Source of the DNA: Nanobdellota archaeon
GTDB lineage: Archaea > Nanobdellota > Nanobdellia > SCGC-AAA011-G17 > JACPNG01
DNA length: 27,741 bases
NCBI GenBank assembly: GCA_038046345.1
Contig: JBBSWJ010000003.1
Span: 1-27,741 of the forward strand
Reading direction: 5' to 3'
The position numbers were made by a program, and so were the translations under genes. Under the pieces are notes generated by a model. It was not told the DNA's origin, did not search any database, and was given only the letters and a program-made list of their open reading frames with translations. Below, one piece after another: positions 22,774 through 27,741 of the stretch (the first letter of the stretch is position 1; each line of letters begins with the position of its first letter).

Positions 22774-23462
22774 AACACCACCTAAAAGGATACAATGCAC
22801 CAACTAGTTGGCCAATAAAAAGAAAAAAAACAAGATACACTGGAAAACCTACACCAGGACCATATGCACTAAATGAGTCTATAACCTTATCATTAATAAT
22901 TATAGAATGGCTAAAACACGCAAAAAATCTAAGAGAAGTAAAGATCATCCTAAATGATGGAAAGGTACTAATTAACAAAAAAATAATTAAAGATCATAAG
23001 TTTCCAGCAGGGCTATTTGATGTTATTGAACTACCAGACTTAAAAGAAACATATAGAATTGGAATAAATTCATACGGTAAGTTAGCCATCACTAAGATTA
23101 ATGGCACTAACAAAAAGGTATACAAAATAAATAATAAGACAATACTAAAAAATGGAAGAACACAACTTAACCTAACCGGCGGTAGAAACATAATTGTCAA
23201 AGAAACCAACTTCAGAACAGGAGACAGCATAATATTTGATCATGAAAATAAAAAAATCGTTAAACACCTTAAACTAGAAAATGGTGCAAGAATATTCCTA
23301 AACAAAGGTAAACACGCCGGAAATGTAGGCACTCTTGAAGGAATGAACAAATATGAAGGCATGAGGAAAACTGATATTAAAATTAAGTCAAAGAACGGGC
23401 ACATTGAAACATTAAAGGAATATGGAATAGTTATTGATGACTCAATAGAGGAAGCACAATGA
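22770..23462 (+). CDS. rps4e: 30S ribosomal protein S4e (eS4)
   Basis: HLKGYNAPTSWPIKRK, PGPY, FPAGLFDVI, QLNLTGGRNI, GKHAG. Confidence 0.96.
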   Translation: MKHHLKGYNAPTSWPIKRKKTRYTGKPTPGPYALNESITLSLIIIEWLKHAKNLREVKIILNDGKVLINKKIIKDHKFPAGLFDVIELPDLKETYRIGINSYGKLAITKINGTNKKVYKINNKTILKNGRTQLNLTGGRNIIVKETNFRTGDSIIFDHENKKIVKHLKLENGARIFLNKGKHAGNVGTLEGMNKYEGMRKTDIKIKSKNGHIETLKEYGIVIDDSIEEAQ

Positions 23463-23959
23463 AAACAATAAGTATTGATAAGGTAACCCTTAACATAGGA
23501 GTAGGAGAAGCAGGCGACAAGCTAAACAAAGCAGTAAAATTACTGGACAGTATCACAGAATGCAAATCAATACAAACAAAATCTAAAAAGAGAATACCAA
23601 CATGGAATATACGCCCCGGACTGCCAATAGCAGCTAAGGTTACATTAAGAAGGGAAAAGGCACATAAAATGGCCAAAAGATTATTCTCAGCAAAAGGGAA
23701 TATATTACCCGCTAAAAAGTTTGATAATCATGGAAATGTTTCTTTCGGAATAAGCGAATACCTGGACATTCCAGATACAAAATATGACTCAGAAGTTGGG
23801 ATCATAGGATTAGAAGCTGCAATAACATTGAAGAGACCAGGATACAGAGTAAAGCAAAGGATGCTAAAAACAACAAAGGTAGGAAAGAAACAAAGGATAA
23901 CAAAAGAAGAAGCAATTGAATACTTCAAGAAAGAGTATAACCTCGAGGTGACCCAATGA
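23459..23959 (+). CDS. rpl5: 50S ribosomal protein L5 (uL5)
   Basis: [28 protein letters not shown]. Confidence 0.97.
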   Translation: MKTISIDKVTLNIGVGEAGDKLNKAVKLLDSITECKSIQTKSKKRIPTWNIRPGLPIAAKVTLRREKAHKMAKRLFSAKGNILPAKKFDNHGNVSFGISEYLDIPDTKYDSEVGIIGLEAAITLKRPGYRVKQRMLKTTKVGKKQRITKEEAIEYFKKEYNLEVTQ

Positions 23960-24186
23960 CAACAAGTGATTACAAAAAAATGTTCAAACAACTTAAAGCA
24001 AAACCAGTCAAACTAAAGAAATATATCAAACACAACGCACCAAAAAAAAGAGAATTTGGAAGAAGCACAAAAAAATGTAAAAGATGCGGTACAACACACG
24101 GATTTATAGGAAAATACCATTTAGGCATATGCCGTAGATGCTTCAGAGAAAATGCACAGAAACTAGGATTCAAGAAATATGACTAA
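23956..24186 (+). CDS. rps14: 30S ribosomal protein S14 (uS14, Zn type) with N-terminal extension
   Basis: CKRCG...[15 protein letters not shown]. Confidence 0.95.
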   Translation: MTTSDYKKMFKQLKAKPVKLKKYIKHNAPKKREFGRSTKKCKRCGTTHGFIGKYHLGICRRCFRENAQKLGFKKYD

Positions 24187-24198
24187 AGGAAAACAACA

Positions 24199-24588
24199 AT
24201 GAAACATGATACATTAGCAGACATGATGAGCAATATACTAAACGCAGAAAGAACAGGAAAGAGCGCAACACAGAGCACACCAAACAGCAAGTTAAACCTA
24301 AAGGTTCTTGAAATTATGAAAGAACGCGGGTACATTAAGTCTTTTGAAGTAATAAACAATCGAGAAGGCGGAATACTAAAGATACAACTTAACGGACGCA
24401 TAAATAATTGCGGCGCAATAAAGCCTAGGTTCAGTGTAAGCGTTAATGAAATAGAAAAATTTGAAAAAAGATACCTACCAGCAAGAGGATTCGGTGTAAT
24501 AATGCTTTCAACCACCAAAGGAGTAATTATGAATTATGCTGCAAAAGAAGAAAAAATAGGAGGAACACTATTAGCATTTTGTTACTAA
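24199..24588 (+). CDS. rps8: 30S ribosomal protein S8 (uS8)
   Basis: DTLADMMSNILNAE, GRINNCGAIKPRF, EKRYLPARGFG, STTKG. Confidence 0.97.
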   Translation: MKHDTLADMMSNILNAERTGKSATQSTPNSKLNLKVLEIMKERGYIKSFEVINNREGGILKIQLNGRINNCGAIKPRFSVSVNEIEKFEKRYLPARGFGVIMLSTTKGVIMNYAAKEEKIGGTLLAFCY

Positions 24589-24589
24589 A

Positions 24590-25141
24590 ATGAAGCAAGA
24601 CATCACAGAAAAAATCACAGTACCAGACGGAGTAAATGTTTCAATAAATAAACATTTAGTAAGCATACAAGGGAAACACGGATCACAAGAACGAAATTTT
24701 ATACATCCAACAATTACCATTGATAAAAAAAATAACTCTGTAATCCTTAATGTAAAAAATGGTACTCTAAGAGAGAAACGACTGATTAAAACATTTAAAT
24801 CACACATCATTAACATGATCCACGGATCTAATGAAGGATACACATATGAACTAAAAATCTGCTCAATGCACTTTCCAATGACCGTTACTGTAGAAGGGAA
24901 TGAATTAATAATAAAAAATTTCATTGGAGAAAAAAAACCACGACGATCAAAGATTATTAATGGAGTAAAAGTAAGAGTAAACGGTGATAAAATAATATGC
25001 GAAGGACATGACAAAGAAAAAACTGGGCAGACCGCAGCAAACATAGAACTAGCTACAAGAATAAGAAACAAAGACAGACGGATATTCCAAGATGGTTGTT
25101 ATCAAACTATTAAAGCAGGAAAACCAATAGGCAGGAACTAA
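24590..25141 (+). CDS. rpl6: 50S ribosomal protein L6 (uL6)
   Basis: HFPMTV, NFIGEKKPR, GQTAANIE, KDRRIFQDG. Confidence 0.97.
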   Translation: MKQDITEKITVPDGVNVSINKHLVSIQGKHGSQERNFIHPTITIDKKNNSVILNVKNGTLREKRLIKTFKSHIINMIHGSNEGYTYELKICSMHFPMTVTVEGNELIIKNFIGEKKPRRSKIINGVKVRVNGDKIICEGHDKEKTGQTAANIELATRIRNKDRRIFQDGCYQTIKAGKPIGRN

Positions 25142-25146
25142 CTAAG

Positions 25147-25680
25147 ATGGAAGACGCATTACTAAAACATAGGAGCATAACCAAAGCAAAAAAACCAGAT
25201 TTTATTAGACAGGATGCTGCACTTAAAAGACTTAGAAAAAAATGGAAACGCCCACGAGGTCTTGACTCAAAAAGAAGACTAAGAAAGGACGGACACCAAA
25301 GAAGACCAAGCAGAGGATACTCAAGCCCAAGCAAGGTTAAAGGACTAACAAAGGAAGGACTGCAAGAAAAAATTATCACAACAAGCTATGATCTTGACAA
25401 CTTAAAAAGCAACGAGATAGCAGTTATCAGCAGAAGACTCGGAGCTAAAAAAAAGCTTATCATCCTAAAAAAAGCTATTGATAAAAAGATCATGGTATCA
25501 AACATAAACCCAGAAGAATTCATAAAAAAACAAGAGGAAAAAATCGCTGAAAAAAAGAAGAAAAAACCAGCAGAAAAGGTTACAGTAGAAAAGAAGAAAG
25601 TAGAACCAACAAAAGAAGAACACAAAACAGAAAAGAAAAAGATCATGGAAAAGAAAATAACCACAAAGGCGGAATACTGA
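25147..25680 (+). CDS. rpl32e: 50S ribosomal protein L32e (eL32) with Lys/Glu-rich tail
   Basis: KKPDFIRQD, WKRPRGLDSK, PSRGYSSP, LGAKKK. Confidence 0.95.
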   Translation: MEDALLKHRSITKAKKPDFIRQDAALKRLRKKWKRPRGLDSKRRLRKDGHQRRPSRGYSSPSKVKGLTKEGLQEKIITTSYDLDNLKSNEIAVISRRLGAKKKLIILKKAIDKKIMVSNINPEEFIKKQEEKIAEKKKKKPAEKVTVEKKKVEPTKEEHKTEKKKIMEKKITTKAEY

Positions 25681-25681
25681 T

Positions 25682-26167
25682 ATGAACCTAAGAAATAGAA
25701 AAATGCTTGTAGCACGAATGGAGGGAGTGGGCGTTGACAGGGTTAGATTTGACCCAGATAGCCTTGATCAAGTAAGTGAAGCAATAACTAAAAGAGATTT
25801 CAAATCCCTTCTGTCAAAAGGAATAATCACAATAAAACAGAAAATTGGAACATCAACGGTGCGCCATAAAAAACAGCTAATACAGAAAAGAAAGGGTAGA
25901 AGAGCAGGAAAAGGCAGCAAAAAAGGAAAAAGAACAGCAAGATTACCAAAAAAAGACGCATGGAAATATAAAGTAAGATCACAAAGGAGTTTATTAAAAA
26001 AATTAAAAGATGCTGGAATGATTGAAAAAAGGGACTTTAGAGAGATGTACAAAAAGGCAAAAGGCAACGTATTTAGAAGCAAAAGGCACTTAAAGGCAGT
26101 TCTTGAAGAACAAACAATGATTAAGGAACATGGCAATATACAAAAGAAAAAAACAAGGAAGAACTGA
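25682..26167 (+). CDS. rpl19e: 50S ribosomal protein L19e (eL19)
   Basis: GVGVDRVRFD, AITKRD, GKGSKKGKRTAR, YKKAKGNVF. Confidence 0.95.
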   Translation: MNLRNRKMLVARMEGVGVDRVRFDPDSLDQVSEAITKRDFKSLLSKGIITIKQKIGTSTVRHKKQLIQKRKGRRAGKGSKKGKRTARLPKKDAWKYKVRSQRSLLKKLKDAGMIEKRDFREMYKKAKGNVFRSKRHLKAVLEEQTMIKEHGNIQKKKTRKN

Positions 26168-26672
26168 TTACAAAACAAGACTAAGGTTAGTCAGTTCAAG
26201 GAATATAAGATTAGTTATTCGGAAGAGTCTAAAACATATCACTTTACAAATTATTGACTACCATGAAGACGGAGATAAAGTAATCATAACACTAACCAGC
26301 AGAGAGCTGCAAAAGTATGGATGGAATATTCCAACAGGCAATATCCCAAGCGCATACCTAACAGGGCTATTACTTGCAAAAAAAGCTAAAGGTAAAAAGA
26401 TAACACATGCCATACTTGATATAGGCTTATCCAAAAGCCATAAAGGCGGGGTGATATACGCAGCACTAAAAGGAAGTGTTGATGGCGGTTTGATAATACC
26501 ATACAGTGATGTAGTATTCCCCAAAGAAGATAGAATCAACGGAAGTCATATTGGCGTATACTCAAAAAATGCTAAATCACCTCAGTTTAAGTCATATGAA
26601 AAATCAGGAGTAAAAGCAAACGAATTACCTTCATTATTTGATACTACCAAGAAAAAAATAATGGGAAGCTAA
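26130..26672 (+). CDS. rpl18: 50S ribosomal protein L18 (uL18)
   Basis: GRTDYKTRL, RLVIRKS, GNIPSAYLTGLL, ILDIGL, RINGSHI. Confidence 0.96.
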   Translation: MAIYKRKKQGRTDYKTRLRLVSSRNIRLVIRKSLKHITLQIIDYHEDGDKVIITLTSRELQKYGWNIPTGNIPSAYLTGLLLAKKAKGKKITHAILDIGLSKSHKGGVIYAALKGSVDGGLIIPYSDVVFPKEDRINGSHIGVYSKNAKSPQFKSYEKSGVKANELPSLFDTTKKKIMGS

Positions 26673-26676
26673 AAAA

Positions 26677-27402
26677 ATGAAAGAAGAACAGAAAGAAGAA
26701 ACATTCACACCACTAGAACGGTGGATACCTAAAACCAGTATCGGTAAAGCAGTAAAGAAAGGAGAACTCACAGATCTTAATATCATTCTAAACAAAGGTG
26801 AAAAAATACTTGAGAATGAAATCATTGATACACTGTTACCAAATCTTTCAACAGACCTATTAGAAGTAGGGCAATCCAAAGGAAAATTTGGAGGTGGAAA
26901 AAAAAGCATATGGAGACAAACCCAGAAAAAAACAAAAGAAGGAAACAAAATCAGGTTTAGTGCATGCGCTATTGTTGGAAACCAAGATGGCTTTGTAGGC
27001 CTTGGCCGGGGAAGCTCTAGGGAGACTATGCCAGCAAGAGACAAAGCAACAAGACAGGCAAAACTCCAGATAATAAAAGTACGCAGAGGATGCGGATCAT
27101 GGAAATGCGGATGCGGAGAACCACACTCAATCCCATTTAAAGTAAGCGGCAGTGTAGGCAGTGTTACCATCAATTTAATGCCAGCTCCTAAAGGGACAGG
27201 ACTAGTCATAGAAAAAGAATGCGCAAAAATTTTAAAATTTGCAGGAATAAAAGATATTCACACAAAGGCATACGGCAATAAAAGAACGAAGATCAACCTT
27301 GTATACGCATGCTTTGATGCACTAAAAGAATTAAGCAAAGTAAAAATGCCAAATGACTATAACAAAAAGGCAGGAGTATTAAGCGGAAATGAACAACACT
27401 AG
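26677..27402 (+). CDS. rps5: 30S ribosomal protein S5 (uS5)
   Basis: WIPKTSIG, TQKKTKEG, RGCGSWKCGCGEPHSIP, LMPAPKGTGLV. Confidence 0.97.
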   Translation: MKEEQKEETFTPLERWIPKTSIGKAVKKGELTDLNIILNKGEKILENEIIDTLLPNLSTDLLEVGQSKGKFGGGKKSIWRQTQKKTKEGNKIRFSACAIVGNQDGFVGLGRGSSRETMPARDKATRQAKLQIIKVRRGCGSWKCGCGEPHSIPFKVSGSVGSVTINLMPAPKGTGLVIEKECAKILKFAGIKDIHTKAYGNKRTKINLVYACFDALKELSKVKMPNDYNKKAGVLSGNEQH

Positions 27403-27741
27403 ACTGGTTATAGTCCGAGTAAGAGGAGTATGCAAGCTCAAAAAAAAAACTGAAGCTACTATGAGAATGTTAAGACTGTTTAAGAAAAACCACTGCTCTA
27501 TTGTAAAAAATTCCAAACAGGTTATTGGGATGATCCAAAAAATAAAGGACTATGTAACATGGGGAGAATTAGATGAAGGAACTATGAGGCTATTGTTAGA
27601 AAAAAGAGGGCGAATAATTGGCAACAAACCATTACAAGAATCATGGTTTAAAACTAAAGCTAAAATGGATTATGATTCATTCATAAAAGATTACTTTGAA
27701 CTAAAAACAGAATTAAAAAATATAGCAGGAATCAAACCTTA
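27389..27741 (+). CDS. rpl30: 50S ribosomal protein L30 (uL30, long archaeal form); runs off the right edge
   Basis: Not in the ORF track. Manual translation from ATG 27389: MNNTRLVIVRVRGVCKLKKKTEATMRMLRLFKKNHCSIV...GMIQKIKDYVTWGE...KRGR, open to the end; expected position after rps5. Confidence 0.93.
   Translation, partial: MNNTRLVIVRVRGVCKLKKKTEATMRMLRLFKKNHCSIVKNSKQVIGMIQKIKDYVTWGELDEGTMRLLLEKRGRIIGNKPLQESWFKTKAKMDYDSFIKDYFELKTELKNIAGIKP

Noticed and set aside
16470-27209. Many 60-190 aa minus-strand ORFs opposite the ribosomal protein genes
   Set aside because: Antisense shadows of A-rich coding sequence (F/L/S-rich, no motifs), fully overlapping confident genes.
27440-27449. A10 run in rpl30 (and T9 run at 282-290 in the first gene) as slippage or phase-variation sites
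   Set aside because: Both reading frames are intact, and such runs are common in Lys- or Phe-rich AT-rich genes.
1-27741. CRISPR arrays, IS elements, DGR components, rRNA
   Set aside because: No regularly spaced repeats, transposase, integrase, reverse transcriptase or rRNA-like sequence was recognised.

Overview
AT-rich archaeal chromosome segment, most likely a DPANN archaeon of the Woesearchaeales/Nanoarchaeota type. This lineage call is an inference from archaeal r-proteins L32e/L19e/S4e, Rpp29, TFE, NreA, the extended S14 and BRE-TATA promoters directly before start codons. Left to right: a partial Cys-rich repeat surface protein; tRNA-Cys(GCA); a tRNA-Arg(UCU) gene split by three introns; a lamin-tail/Ig-like secreted protein with a membrane-anchored partner; LeuRS (bacterial core, archaeal C-terminal domain); a membrane protein; a secreted zincin; archaeal AlaRS; two related coiled-coil genes; TFE; a site-2 protease preceded by an unannotated 39-aa ORF; a Cys-rich lipoprotein; NreA; a small TPR-like gene broken by a 5-bp tandem duplication; translin overlapping a fully bacterial-type AspRS; a divergent pair of small winged-helix-like genes; and the intact archaeal S10/spc-type ribosomal protein cluster (rpl3 to partial rpl30). 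The most striking element is the triple-intron tRNA-Arg (600-744, minus strand), with introns at 15/16, 28/29 and 37/38 that each pair with part of the tRNA body. No CRISPR array, rRNA, integrase or transposase was seen.
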